Source of the DNA: Tubiluchus corallicola | Lineage: Eukaryota > Animalia > Priapulida | Assembly: GCA_030141605.1 (NCBI GenBank) | Contig: JAQGDQ010001859.1 | Coordinates: 1-23,188, forward strand | Direction of reading: 5' to 3' | DNA length: 23,188 nucleotides | Notes under the pieces: model-generated | Told to the model about the DNA's origin: nothing | Databases searched by the model: none | Seen by the model: only the letters and a program-made list of their open reading frames with translations | Shown here: piece after piece, positions 8,872 through 20,782 of the stretch | How the letters are laid out: every line of letters begins with the position of its first letter | How positions within the stretch are numbered: position 1 is the first letter of the stretch | Program-made: the position numbers and the translations under genes

Positions 8872-10255
8872 TTCAATTGTACCAACACTCCCCTCTGTCA
8901 CGTTGGTTACATCTTACTTATGATCTAAGCATTACTACTTTACAATTAGCTGAAATATCTCTTTCAATTTATCTCTATAATGAATAAGAACTTATTCCTA
9001 TGAAGTCAAAAATCTTGTCTGGGAAAATTAATGGCTCTTATTAGTGAAATGTCAATGCGACTGTTAACACATTATTGTTATTATCTAATGAAAAAACAAA
9101 ATTTACTGCCATATTCTAAAATGAAAAAACAAAATTTACTGCCATATTCTAAAATGAAAAAACAAAATTTACTGCCATATTCTAAAATGAAAAAACAAAA
9201 TTTACTGCCATATTCTAAAATGAAAAAACAAAATTTACTGCCATATTCTAAAATGAAAAAACAAAATTTACTGCCATATTCTAAAATGAAAAAACAAAAT
9301 TTACTGCCATATTCTAAAATGAAAAAACAAAATTTACTGACATATTCTAAAATGAAAAAACAAAATTTACTGCCATATTCTAAAATGAAAAAACAAAATT
9401 TACTGCCATATTCTAAAATGAAAAAACAAAATTTACTGCCATATTCTAAAATTAAAAAACAAAATTTACTGCCATATTCTAAAATGAAAAAACAAAATTT
9501 ACTGCCATATTCTAAAATGAAAAAACAAAATTTACTGCCATATTCTAAAATGAAAAAACAAAATTTACTGCCATATTCTAAAATGAAAAAACAAAATTTA
9601 CACTGCCATATTCTAAAATGAAAGAACAATAATTTACTGCCATATTCTAAAATGAAAGAACAATAATTTACTGCCATATTCTAAAATGAAAGAACAATAA
9701 TTTACTGCCATATTCTAAAATGAAAGAACAAAATGTGTACTGCCATATTCTAAAATGACAGAACAAAATTTACTGCCATATTCTAAAATCTACTTCCCGA
9801 TAATTTAGAAAATTTTAGGTACCAATAATAATAGTAATCTGCAATGTATAAAATAATTCAAGTTTAATTTAATATTTAAAGATTGTCACTTTCGTCTTTT
9901 CTTCTCTTTCTGGTGATTGAACATTATTCTATTAGAAACTAAAACTTTTACATCATAATTCAATCAAAAATTGTCTCAATTGTAAAATCTGATAATTTTT
10001 AATTACTTCGCACATGCGCATTAATTATATTGGTAACAATTCTGAGAGGGTGGCTGACCTCGATAACTAATAGTTGTAAAGTCACTGAGAGGAAACACTA
10101 GAACTGCACAGGTTTAGCCAAAATGTTTTATTCAAAACAATAGAGACGTTTTACAGCAACAGACTCCTCAACTTAAGGTGCTACAGATACAGTAATGCGT
10201 AGGTCACAAGTAGGATGTAACCACTATGACAGAGGGGAGCGTTGGCACAATTGAA
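8872..10255. mobile_element. Foldback/MITE-like element with 65-bp inverted arms enclosing a 33-bp satellite
   Basis: 8872-8936 and the reverse complement of 10191-10255 match at 56/65 positions (ttcaattgtRccaacRctcccctctgtca...ggttacatc...gcattact). No clear TSD. Confidence 0.6.
9084..9789. repeat. 33-bp minisatellite, about 21 copies
   Basis: Unit aatgaaaaaacaaaatttactgccatattctaa; nearly identical copies that degenerate after ~9595. Confidence 0.97.
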
Positions 10256-11587
10256 GCCATTGTGCTCTTACATAGTTGTTTCGCCAGCCTTTCACCACTC
10301 TAATCAATGATCAGTTTTGCACTTTCTGATATTATTTAATGTTACACAGAGTTCCTGCTAAGAGTTTATAAATGTGTTTGTCGTTAAACAATGATTTTGC
10401 TTGGCGTATATTTCAGCTTTTAAATCAGTTTTTGCCCTTGTTCTGTATGTCAGTCTGTGTTTAAGATTAATTTCTAGTTTTTAAATTTAATAAAAATTAA
10501 AAAAATAGTATTTGTTTGACTCTGTTGATATATTGATATAAATATAAATACTATTGGATTTCTTAGTGATATAGTTTTTTCAGACACGCTGTAGTTTTAT
10601 TTTTTTGCATTCTGTAACATGTTAGTTCTGTTTAAACTTTTTTATCTAATAACGTCAATTTCATACTTTGATTAAAATTGTTTGTTTGTTTTTCATTATT
10701 TTTCAGAGTGTTGATAGATTTCCTGTTATGTTTTCCTGTTCTTGTTTTTGTTAATACATTTGATTTTGTATACTTTTTCTTAAAACCTTGTTTGTGTATG
10801 TATGTATGTACATATACTATATACACATCCCATGTTGCAGATAAAATCAAGTTAAATAGAAATTAGTGATTATTTATTAAGATTTTTGCCTTCACCCAGT
10901 AAAGCAAAAGTAACTTTGTCCACTGGCTTCAGTTACATGAATGAATCATTTTGTGTGTTACAAAGAAGCCAGTTTTCATGCTGTAGTTACAAGAAATGAT
11001 GCTAAATGAAACCTAAATCAACGTCATAGCGATGCACTCGTAGGCATAACCGTGTTTCATTAAAATAATTTTCGCTTGTATTTTTCCTTACCAGCAACAG
11101 GCCAGTTGAAAAAAACAGGCGATCAAGGTGTGTTTTTACGGCATCTGAAGTTAAGCAACATAAAGTATTTTAGTAATTGAATAGACGGCACAGTTTCATC
11201 TATCATAAGGCAGTCGGCTATTTACGTTTTGACCTCCCTACGTTCTAGTCCCGCCACAAGCTTATTTATTAAGTATGCACTGTTGTTGAGTTCTGGCATG
11301 CAGCTTGCTGAATACAGAATTGCACATTTACATCAGAGCTGATATGAAACTATAAAAAGTCATTTATTAACCAAAAGTTGTTATTTTTCAGATCAAATCT
11401 TACACAGCGACATATTCGAGCGGTAAGTTTTTTCTTGTTCAACTTTCTAATTTTAAATGACCCCATAGTAACTAGTAGAGACATCTGTCAGTAAGGTAAT
11501 GTTGATAATGATGCTTAAAAGTTTAAATAAAGTTGTTGTTTTGAACTATTAAAGTTTTTAAGCCCCTGTTGAGAAAATCGACTTAAA

Positions 11588-11845
11588 ATTATTATTATTA
11601 TTATTATTATTTTATTATTGTTATTGTTGTGGTTGTGGTGGTTGTTGTGGTGGTTGTTGTTGTGGTTGTTGTTGTGTTGTTGTGTTGTTGTGTTGTTGTG
11701 GTTGTTGTTGTTGTGGTTGTTGTGGTTGTGGTTGTTGTGGTTGTGGTTGTTGTGGTTGTTGTTGTTGTTGTGGTTGTTGTTGTGGTTGTGGTTGTGTTGT
11801 GGTTGGTTGTGGTTGTGTTGTTGTTGGTTGTTGTTGTTGTTGTTG
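11588..11845. repeat. Compound (ATT)n then (GTT/GTG)n microsatellite
   Basis: Direct inspection; explains the poly-V/Q/N/L/C ORFs in the track. Confidence 0.97.
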
Positions 11846-12038
11846 TCTTTCAAATACACAAGCTAAAACTCCAGCTTCAGCATCAGTGTCAGGTTCAAAC
11901 ATGTCAGCTAGTTTTGCATCACAATTTTTACATACTTTCTGATATTAAATTTTGTTTCTGTTTTTTAGTTGTTTTAGTCGAAGATGTGGAAATTGTACCG
12001 CTAGAGTAGTAGACGGGAAGGAGGTCCTGGGTGGTTGT

Positions 12039-15000
12039 ATGGGGCGTGGCAACGTTGTCCCAGGAAGACGTCGGCACTATGCAACGCGTAACTGTCCGTG
12101 GGAGCAGGAGGAACCGATAGCAGCTCTGCCACCTCGTGTGACGAGGTAAGTGAAAAACTACACCTCTTGTAGCAGAAACAGTCAGCCATTATTATTTGAG
12201 ATAATGTCAGTTGTATGCCATCTGTAACAGACAGAGTCAGCCATTATTATTTAAGATAATGTCAGTTGTACGCCTCCTGTAGCAGATACAGTCAGCCATT
12301 ATTATTTGAGATAATGTCAGTTGTATGCCTCCTGTAACAGAAACAGTCAGCCATTATTATTTGAGATAATGTCAGTTGTATGCCATCTGTAACAGAAACA
12401 GTCAGCCATTATTATTTGAGATAATGTCAGTTGTACACCTCCTGTAGCGGACACAGTCAGCCATTATTATTTAAGATAATGTCAGTTGTATGCCATCTGT
12501 AACAGAAACAGTCAGCCATTATTATTTGAGAAAATGTCAGTTGTATGCCTCCTGTAGCAGAAACAGTCAGCCATTATTATTTAAGATAATGTCAGTTGTA
12601 CGCCTCCTGTAGCAGAAACAGTCAGCCATTATTATTTAAGATAATGTCAGTTGTATGCCTCCTGTAGCAGAAACAGTCAGCCATTATTATTTAAGATAAT
12701 GTCAGTTGTATGCCTCCTGTAGCAGAAACAGTCAGCCATTATTATTTGAGAAAATGTCAGTTGTATGCCTCTTGTAGCAGAAACAGTCAGCCATTATTAT
12801 TTGAGATAATGTCAGTTGTATGCCATCTGTAACAGACAGAGTCAGCCATTATTATTTAAGATAATGTCAGTTGTACGCCTCCTGTAGCAGATACAGTCAG
12901 CCATTATTATTTGAGATAATGTCAGTTGTATGCCTCCTGTAACAGAAACAGTCAGCCATTATTATTTGAGAAAATGTCAGTTGTATGCCTCCTGTAGCAG
13001 ACACAGTCAGCCATTATTATTTAAGATAATGTCAGTTGTACGCCTCCTGTAGCAGAAACAGTCAGCCATTATTATTTGAGATAATGTCAGTTGTATGCCA
13101 TCTGTAACAGAGACAGTCAGCCATTATTATTTGAGATAATGTCAGTTGTACGCCTCCTGTAGCGGACACAGTCAGCCATTATTATTTAAGATAATGTCAG
13201 TTGTATGCCTCCTGTAGCAGAAACAGTCAGCCATTATTATTTAAGATAATGTCAGTTATATGCCTCCTGTAGCAGAAACAGTCAGCCATTATTATTTAAG
13301 ATAATGTCAGTTGTATGCCTCCTGTAGCAGAAACAGTCAGCCATTATTATTTGAGAAAATGTCAGTTGTATGCCTCCTGTAGCAGAAACAGTCAGCCATT
13401 ATTATTTAAGATAATGTCAGTTGTACGCCTCCTGTAGCAGAAACAGTCAGCCATTATTATTTAAGATAATGTCAGTTGTATGCCTCCTGTAGCAGAAACA
13501 GTCAGCCATTATTATTTAAGATAATGTCAGTTGTATGCCTCCTGTAGCAGACACAGTCAGCCATTATTATTTGAGATAATGTCAGTTGTATGCCATCTGT
13601 AACAGACACAGTCAGCCATTACTATTTGAGATAATGTCAATTGTATGTGTCCTGTAGCAGACACAGTCAGCCATTATTATTTGAGATAATGTCAATTGTA
13701 TGTGTCCTGTAGCAGACACAGTCAGCCATTATTATTTGAGAAAATGTCAGTTGTATGCCATCTGTAACAGACACAGTCAGCCATTATTATTTGAGAAAAT
13801 GAGAAAAATAAATGGCACAGATTGTGTTTTTAAAAATCAATTATTTAAGAACTAGAAAGAATTGGAACCCAAAGTTTTGCATATGTTCATCAGAGGTCCT
13901 GAGGTATATTTGAGAATTTTTTCAAGCACACCTGAAATGGTCACCTGGGAAGAATCTAGGTGAATGGCCCTTGTTTAATGGTAGTTATACAAACGCCACA
14001 TGTTAAGGCTCTTTCACACATCTCTGGTTTGTGCAGTTTAGTTTTGCTGACAAGTTAAAGTTTATAAAGATTTAGTAAAAAATTCTTAGTTACGCTTTAC
14101 GTTCCCTAAGAGCGAATAAGAGGGCATATTTTTCCTAGGAACAGTTCAGCTAATGTCAAAACTAACGGATTGTCAAAAATTATGTTACTAAGGTAAAAAT
14201 TGAGTCTATTGATTGATATATTATCAACACACTTGGATGTTTAGCCTTTTCTGTGTGGAAAGTCACAGTGTTATCGTTCGTAAGCACTTCGAAATGCCTT
14301 TACATAAATGATTTGATAAGTGTGTTTTGTGCAATGCAGTTAAACACAGAACTCAATGCTTCATTTACTGCTTCTTTATAGTTTTTGAAGCCAATTTCAT
14401 TTTGTTGCATGGCTATAATGTTACTAATATCGCTGACATTTCACTGTTTCCTTAATTTTGCATTTCATGTTTTTTCCAGGGCATTTCCTGATGGTGTAAG
14501 ACCCGGAAGACTTGGTTTCGTGCCACCCCCTCCGGAGCATGCAATCTACCGGGATATGGAAGACTTTGGCTATCCTGACGACATCTTGCCGCCTGCACTA
14601 AATAGACGACGTTAGTAAAGTTTTTCTTATAATTATTAAATGTCAACCGTAATTAAGAGTTAACATTAACACTTTTATGTAATTATGCAATTAGTCTTTT
14701 TCAGCCACTCTAGGTTCTACTGTACAGACTGGTTGGTGCTCGGAATCTGAAGATCAGTGCTGGATATTTCAGTCGAAGCATCTGTAATGTTTTTGATAAT
14801 GAAATCACCTCTTTTGTTGTCGTAATTTTTTGTGCGGAGGTCTTAGATGATTTGAAATACAATCTTGAGATGTTAGTTATGAACACGGACATGTATAACA
14901 TGCAATAAAAATGTTCAGCTTGAAATTTCCTGTCCAATGATGTGCTACATTAGGCAATCTTACTACTCGGTGTAAACGTTGCTTAACTTTAACACAGGCT

Positions 15001-15303
15001 AATGCTTGAAGCAGAGAATAACTTTGCAAAACCGTCTAAATTTAATGAATTATTCATTTTTTGAAAACGGACTTCAAGAAAGAAAATGGCGAGAGAAACA
15101 AGGTTGAGAAGCTCATATTCAGCCTGGATTCGAACCAGGGAAAATGTGATTACAAATATTTTGGTCTTAATCAATAAGTCTTAAATTCACCATCCAATAC
15201 AAGGAAAGTTCAGCAATAGTGAAATTGCTTTGTTAATTGCAGAATCAAGATAATGACTGATTAATTTTTGTTTTGTTTAGATGCAATAGTAGAACCGTTA
15301 TGA
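12039..15303 (+). CDS. Predicted spliced ~86-aa Pro/Arg-rich protein of unknown function (12039-12145, 14480-14610, 15281-15303)
   Basis: MGRGNVVPGRRRHYATRNCPWEQEEPIAALPPRVTR|AFPDGVRPGRLGFVPPPPEHAIYRDMEDFGYPDDILPPALNRR|HAIVEPL*. The phase-2 junction 12145/14480 joins two independently open frames. Confidence 0.45.
12157..13800. repeat. 55-bp minisatellite, about 30 copies
   Basis: Unit cagtcagccattattatttRagataatgtcagttgtaYgcctcctgtagcagaaa; period confirmed at 12181/12236/12291. Confidence 0.97.
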
Positions 15304-15322
15304 TCCATGTATCAGACAGCCA

Positions 15323-15667
15323 GTGTTGTTCCATGATGCAGTTGAATTTGATGGAGCTGATCGGTATGCTGCACACTGGCTGGATCCACATTCTGGTGAC
15401 GACAGCGAGATGGAGGAACTGATGGCTGCCCGGCGTGTCCATTGGGAAGGAATGGTTCGCCAGCGTCGGGCTGAGGGCATCGATTGGGTTTCTTACGAGT
15501 ATGTGCCACCGTTGTCTCCTCGTCGAGGAGATGAGGAGTCGGAGGTTGATTATGAGAGCGATTGCATGGAGTTGGAGCAACTCAGAAGGCAGGAGTTTGT
15601 CCGCCATATCTGTTATTCCCCATCCTACGTGAAGAGTGATGTGTTTAGCAGTGATGACGATTATTAA
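15323..15667 (+). CDS. Acidic ORF of unknown function in exon 15281-15683 (first in-frame ATG at 15410)
   Basis: Open frame with coding-like GC content (MEELMAARRVHWEGMVRQRR...SSDDDY*). The stop is 16 nt before the AG|GTAAGT donor. Confidence 0.5.
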   Translation: MLFHDAVEFDGADRYAAHWLDPHSGDDSEMEELMAARRVHWEGMVRQRRAEGIDWVSYEYVPPLSPRRGDEESEVDYESDCMELEQLRRQEFVRHICYSPSYVKSDVFSSDDDY

Positions 15668-16739
15668 AAGATGGACCAATTAGGTAAGTAATTTCTTGCT
15701 GTAACAAGGCTAAGGCAAGGTATTGTATTGTCGTTGGTGTTTAACGTTCTGTGATTAGTTATTTCCAGAGCAAGTCTCGCACTGTGGTTTACATATTATA
15801 AACTCTATGACTGCATCTGTATTGTAAAATATTCATTTGAAGAAGGTAAACAACATACTCCTTATACAACTTTAATAAGCTAAGATCTGTTTACTACACA
15901 GCTATAGTAAAATTCTTCAAATGTAAATAGGGTACTAGAGTTTCTACAATCTGTGTAGAAAATGATATTAATCGTTCTAAAGTTATTTTTCGTAAATTTA
16001 CATATAATTTAAGATGTCGTGTTTTAAACTAGCGCAGTGGTTTACTAAAACATGAAATTTACAATAAGGATATTTTATATGCTCCAAAAATTTTGCACAT
16101 TGGAATGTAATTTTAATGTTTGCCATTTTCGTAAATATTTTAACTAATTATCTTTTTCATAAATTAGTTTTTTAGTGTTTAATGCCTTAGGACTGTCTGC
16201 GAGCTGAAATGTTGAATAAAATCAAATAAATAATAATATCAAACATCTCAACGTTGTCAAAAACAGGAAATTTGATTTTTCCGATAAGATTTTTTAACCA
16301 TTTTCCTTTTATTTACTCACTTAACTATAAAACTAGTTATAATCTCATTTATGTATTAATTGTTGACTTTGTTTACCTTAGCTACCAATTACTTACCATG
16401 AAAGACACAAGAACTCAGTGAATGACACACAGTAGACTGCAGCAGTAAACGACTTCAACTTCTAGAGAACAGCATCAATACAAGATGTCAGCTGCATCAA
16501 GAAAAGTTTGAAACAAAAACAGTCTGGGATTTAAAGGTCATGTGTTTATTGTTTATTTCTTGTTGTCATAGAATCTCAAACTTGTCAACAACCCTTGTTT
16601 CCAAAACCCTGCAACAGCTAGTGCTGTATTATAGCATTGGCATTTTTGTGATTAGATGTATGGCAGCAATCCCACATTTTCTCGTTTATACTTTTTGATA
16701 CTGCCAAATTCTACGTCGTACATAATTTAAAGACCAGCT

Positions 16740-17372
16740 GACTGATTTGAGATGGTCCCAAGTAGACCCTTTGAAATGCTGTATGCAATTCCAGTTCAGT
16801 AATTTTCATTTTCAGATGGTCCCTTGTAGGCCTTTTGAAATTGTTCCCTTATGGTGTACGTAAATCAGTCATCTAAATTGAACTTTTAGATCTTCCCTTT
16901 AATTTTCACTTTCAGATGGTTCCAAGTAGGCCTTTTGAAAATGTTTCCTTATGCTGTACATAAATCAGTTATCTAAAGTTAACTTTGAGATCTTCCCTTT
17001 AAGGTCTTTTAAAATCTTTCCGTTATGCTCTGCGCAATTAGAGTTGCCTTAATTTCACTTTGAAATAGTCCCAAGTAGGCCTTTTGAAATCGTTCTTTAT
17101 GCTGTACCCAATACAAACTGACAAAATTTTACTTTGATATTGTCCCAGAGTAGGCCTTTTCAAATTGTTCTTTTGCACTGTACGAATTCCAGTTGACTAA
17201 ATTTAACTTTATGATCTTTTGTGCAGTACGCAAGTGTAGTTCACCAAAAATAATTTCACTTTCATATTGCCCCCAGTAGTTCTTTTGAAATCATTTCTTT
17301 GTGCTGTAAGCAAGCAAGTTATCGAAATTTCATTTTGAGATCTTTCCTTTAAAAAAATTAGTCTTTTGAAAT
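16740..17372. repeat. Old degenerate tandem repeat, about 65-75 bp unit
   Basis: Recurrent core ttcactttcagatggtcccaagtaggccttttgaaa...tatgctgtac near 16747, 16803, 16903, 17051, 17124 and 17252. Confidence 0.8.
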
Positions 17373-18789
17373 GAATCCGACGTGCTGAACATAACTACAG
17401 TCATCAAATTTCTCTTTTATATCATCCCAACATGGTACTGTAGGTGCTATAACTATGCTGTACAAAATGTATATTCTAATTACAGTGACCTGTAAACAAA
17501 GCATCTGTTTCTCTATTTGAATCAGCCCTGTGGGGGAGAACCCCACCTCATAGATACGAAAAAATGACTTTTAAAAGGAAGTTAGTGTGAATATATTTGC
17601 TATTTCAAAATCACGAAAGAATGATTCTCTCATGATATTCTACGAGAGAGAGTATTTAATAATGAGTTGATTAAATTTATGAAAATGATATAAAAATTTC
17701 ATTATGATATTAAAATTTATATAAAACTAAATTAAAAGGAATCGGCAGTGTAAAATCTGTCGGCATCAACATAAAAAATTAATATTTTTAATCTAAATTT
17801 TATATACCTTTAATAAGAAAAATTTATTTTGCCTATATATTTTTTGATCCTATGTTAGTTATCCTTTGTTACTTAAAAAATAAGGAAAATATATATCTAC
17901 AACGTTCTAATCATACAAAAACAATTAAATTGGTTTAAAAACAGTTAAGCTCTGGAGGAGCAATCAATTTTGTTTTCCTTCAAAAAATGTTTATTAAATG
18001 TTAGCTGCATACTGCACAGCACAGTTTGAAATGATTTTGCTAAATATTGTGCAGACTATCACAAACTTGCTTTTGATATAAAAATTTGGTCTCACATCTT
18101 ACGGTCGCATCCCAGGAACTCTCTTTCCAGGAAGTGCCATGCATTCCACGTTCCCTTTTCCTCAGCATCTTTCGTAATAGGGGCAACCAAACAGGAAAAT
18201 CCATTGTTTAAATTCTCTGGAGAATTCCTTTCATCTGATCTCGTCCTGGGACCATTGATGACATTTTGTTGACCTTAACCCATTACCCAATCTAACAAAA
18301 CCATCCGTTTCTATTGATTTTATTCAATTTTAGCGAAGTATCACTGGCAGTTACTAGTAATCAAAACACAATGTTTTAAAAAATTCTTATTGGTTTGTGT
18401 AAAATTTTGCTTTCAATTTTTTTGGTAAAAGTTTTGCTTAGCAGTTGCACGAGTCCTACTTTTACCTGAATAAATTAAAATAATTGCATATTTTTTATTA
18501 ATTTTTGTAGCATAGCTATCTTCCAAGTTGAGCTTCTTGGCTGATTATGTAACAACAAATCTTTGTAAAATGTGCTTATATCTTGAGTAATTTTAGTTAC
18601 TTTTAGTTTCTCTAATTGAACCACTTCTTTAATTTGCCTACTAGCACCTCTTTTCTAAACTTCTAAGTACTGAGTAACTCGTAGGCTTAATGTCTCCTGG
18701 GCTTGTGATAATCAATTTTGCTTCCACTTTTAGTAAAATAGTTTTTTAAATACAAACCTCAAGTCATGATGGTAATGCAATAAGGTGGG

Positions 18790-19141
18790 TGTGATATAAT
18801 TACAACAGAGTGACCCCTCAACTGAGAGATGAATAATCAAGGTTAAGCTTTCTACACGGGTTTCAGTTTACGATAGGGACCACCAAACTACATGAAGCCC
18901 GTCAATTAGAGTGGTTCTGCTACTCAAGGAGTTAGACGACAAGCTATGAAAAGGGGAGGTCACTGAAGGCAGGTTAGTCAAGCCTGTTACAAGGTAGATT
19001 TTGCCCTGTAGGGGGTGTAAGATACCAGATGAGGGTTCTGTCCTGGAGCCATCCCTAGTAGAGTGAAGGTTGTGGGTCAGTATTCGATGGGACACGTCTT
19101 AGAGTATTCTGTAATGGCGAATAAAGTTTTGATTAATCACT
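18790..19141 (+). mobile_element. Possible solo LTR or LTR remnant (~350 bp)
   Basis: GC-richer island starting TGTGAT and ending ATCAC(T), AATAAA at 19120-19125, purine-rich run (aaggtggg) just before. No TSD, and the terminal A is missing. Confidence 0.3.
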
Positions 19142-19154
19142 CCTCTCTCCCGTG

Positions 19155-19219
<65 letters not shown>

Positions 19220-19301
19220 TTCTCACTTTTTCTTTCTCTCCTCTCTCTCCCTCTCTCTCCCTCTCTCTTTTTCTCTTTCTTTCTTTCTTTCTCTCTTTCT
19301 C

Positions 19302-19392
<91 letters not shown>

Positions 19393-19428
19393 GCTCGCTC
19401 TCTCCCTCTTTCTTTCTCTCTCTCTCTC
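19141..19428. repeat. (CT)n / polypyrimidine microsatellite
   Basis: Direct inspection; pyrimidine-rich sequence continues to ~19670. Confidence 0.97.
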
Positions 19429-19852
19429 CTTTGACTCCTTGAATCTCCTTTGAATCTAGACTCCTTATCAATATTCAGTAGATGAGTATTGTCGAGTGTT
19501 TGCATTAAATTTTGGTCATTCACTTCTCTTTCTCTCTGTCCCCTCCTCTTTATTTCTCCCTGCCCATACTCTCTTTCCTCCCCTCTGCCTCTGTTTGCTC
19601 TCATTCTTTATTTTCTATGTCACTTTCCAGATCTTTCTTTCCTCACAATCTTACTCATTCATTTTCTCATTCACTGACTGTGTCAATGAGACAAACATGA
19701 GTTGTCAAATTAGTCTACACACAATTGTGTGTCAAACGAATGTTTTTTGCTGTTTGAAATTTAATCAAGGAATGTTTGTTGTGGTTTTCTGTAGATATTA
19801 CTATTGCAGTTATGTTTATGAACGTTGCAGAATTACTGCGATATTTCTATAT

Positions 19853-20305
19853 GAGCCCCAATGGGCGTGACCATGTGATCTACGTGAGGTTGTCATGGCC
19901 CTAATGGGTGTGACCATGTGATCTATGTGAGGTTGTCACGGCCCTAATGGGTGTGACCATGTGATCTATGTGAGGTTATCATAGCCCTAACGGGTGTGAC
20001 CATGTGATCTATGTGAGGTTGTCATGGCCCTAATGGGTGTGATCATGTGATCCATGTGAGGTTGTCATAGACCTAACGGATGTGATCATGTGATCTATTT
20101 GAGGTTGCCTTGGCCCTAACGGGTGTGACCATGAGATCTATATGAGGTTGTCATGGCCCCAATGGGTGTAACCATGTGATCTATTTGAGGCAGCCATGGC
20201 CTTAATGGGTGCGACTATGTGATCTATGTGAGGCTGCCATGGCTCCAGTGGGTGTGATCGTGTGATCTATGTGAGGCAGTTATGGCTCTTATATGTTTGA
20301 CCACG
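19853..20305. repeat. 43-bp minisatellite, about 10 copies
   Basis: Unit ggccctaatgggtgtgaccatgtgatctatgtgaggttgtcat, diverging toward the right end. Confidence 0.95.
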
Positions 20306-20782
20306 TAAAACATGCAAGGAAGGTCAATTACTCTACAGAATCATAATTTCGGGCTGCCTTTTTGAAATCCTTCTATAGTCCTCTTCGGCTGAGGTTGAAG
20401 TTATGTGAGATTGTTCTAAGTACTGACAAGAACCAATACGTTGCACGTTTGGGGACATTACCTTTGCAAAGTCATTAGGACAGTGGCTGCTATGGTTTTG
20501 GTAATTGCGAAATTTTCGAGAGAATAGTTCCTAAGCAATTACACGCTAGTTAAGACATTGAAAATTTCTTTTATGTAAAACAGATTAGAAATTTCCCATC
20601 GTGCTTATCTGAACAAAAAGTTTTTTCTGTCGTTTTACAAGAAAACCAGAATCACCCAAAGTAGGGCGTCAAATTCTGTAAGCTTTATGCAAGTAAGATT
20701 GTAAAGTAAACAAAACATGCTGTTTTTCACCCTGTAAACAAATCATTGCAAACAATTATTTTTAGAGAGAGTATCACTTCCT

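Larger units (their letters stand above)
8015..16240 (+). other. Predicted spliced transcription unit (small-ORF gene or lncRNA); exons about 8015-8033, 8141-8151, 11392-11422, 11969-12145, 14480-14610, (14705-14783), 15281-15683, 16191-16240
   Basis: Mostly GC-richer islands bounded by pyrimidine-tract AG acceptors and GTAAGT/GTTAGT donors (8034, 8152, 11423, 12146, 14611, 15684). The last exon has AATAAA at 16215 and 16225. Confidence 0.6.

Noticed and set aside
9031-9677. 196-aa and 198-aa repeat ORFs on both strands
   Set aside because: They follow from a 33-bp (multiple of 3) unit lacking stops in those frames; the array is intronic and the frames break where it degenerates.
11515-12009. 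Poly-N/H, poly-Q/P, poly-V, Cys-rich and Leu/Trp ORFs
   Set aside because: Translations of a trinucleotide microsatellite.
13860-13900. CTGATGA on the minus strand as a hammerhead ribozyme core (also CTGAGGA near 18160)
   Set aside because: No stem II closed by GAAA and no stems I/III.
14930-15010. ATGATGT / ATGATGC as snoRNA C boxes (also ~10996 and ~11508)
   Set aside because: Imperfect C boxes with no properly spaced CTGA D box and terminal stem.
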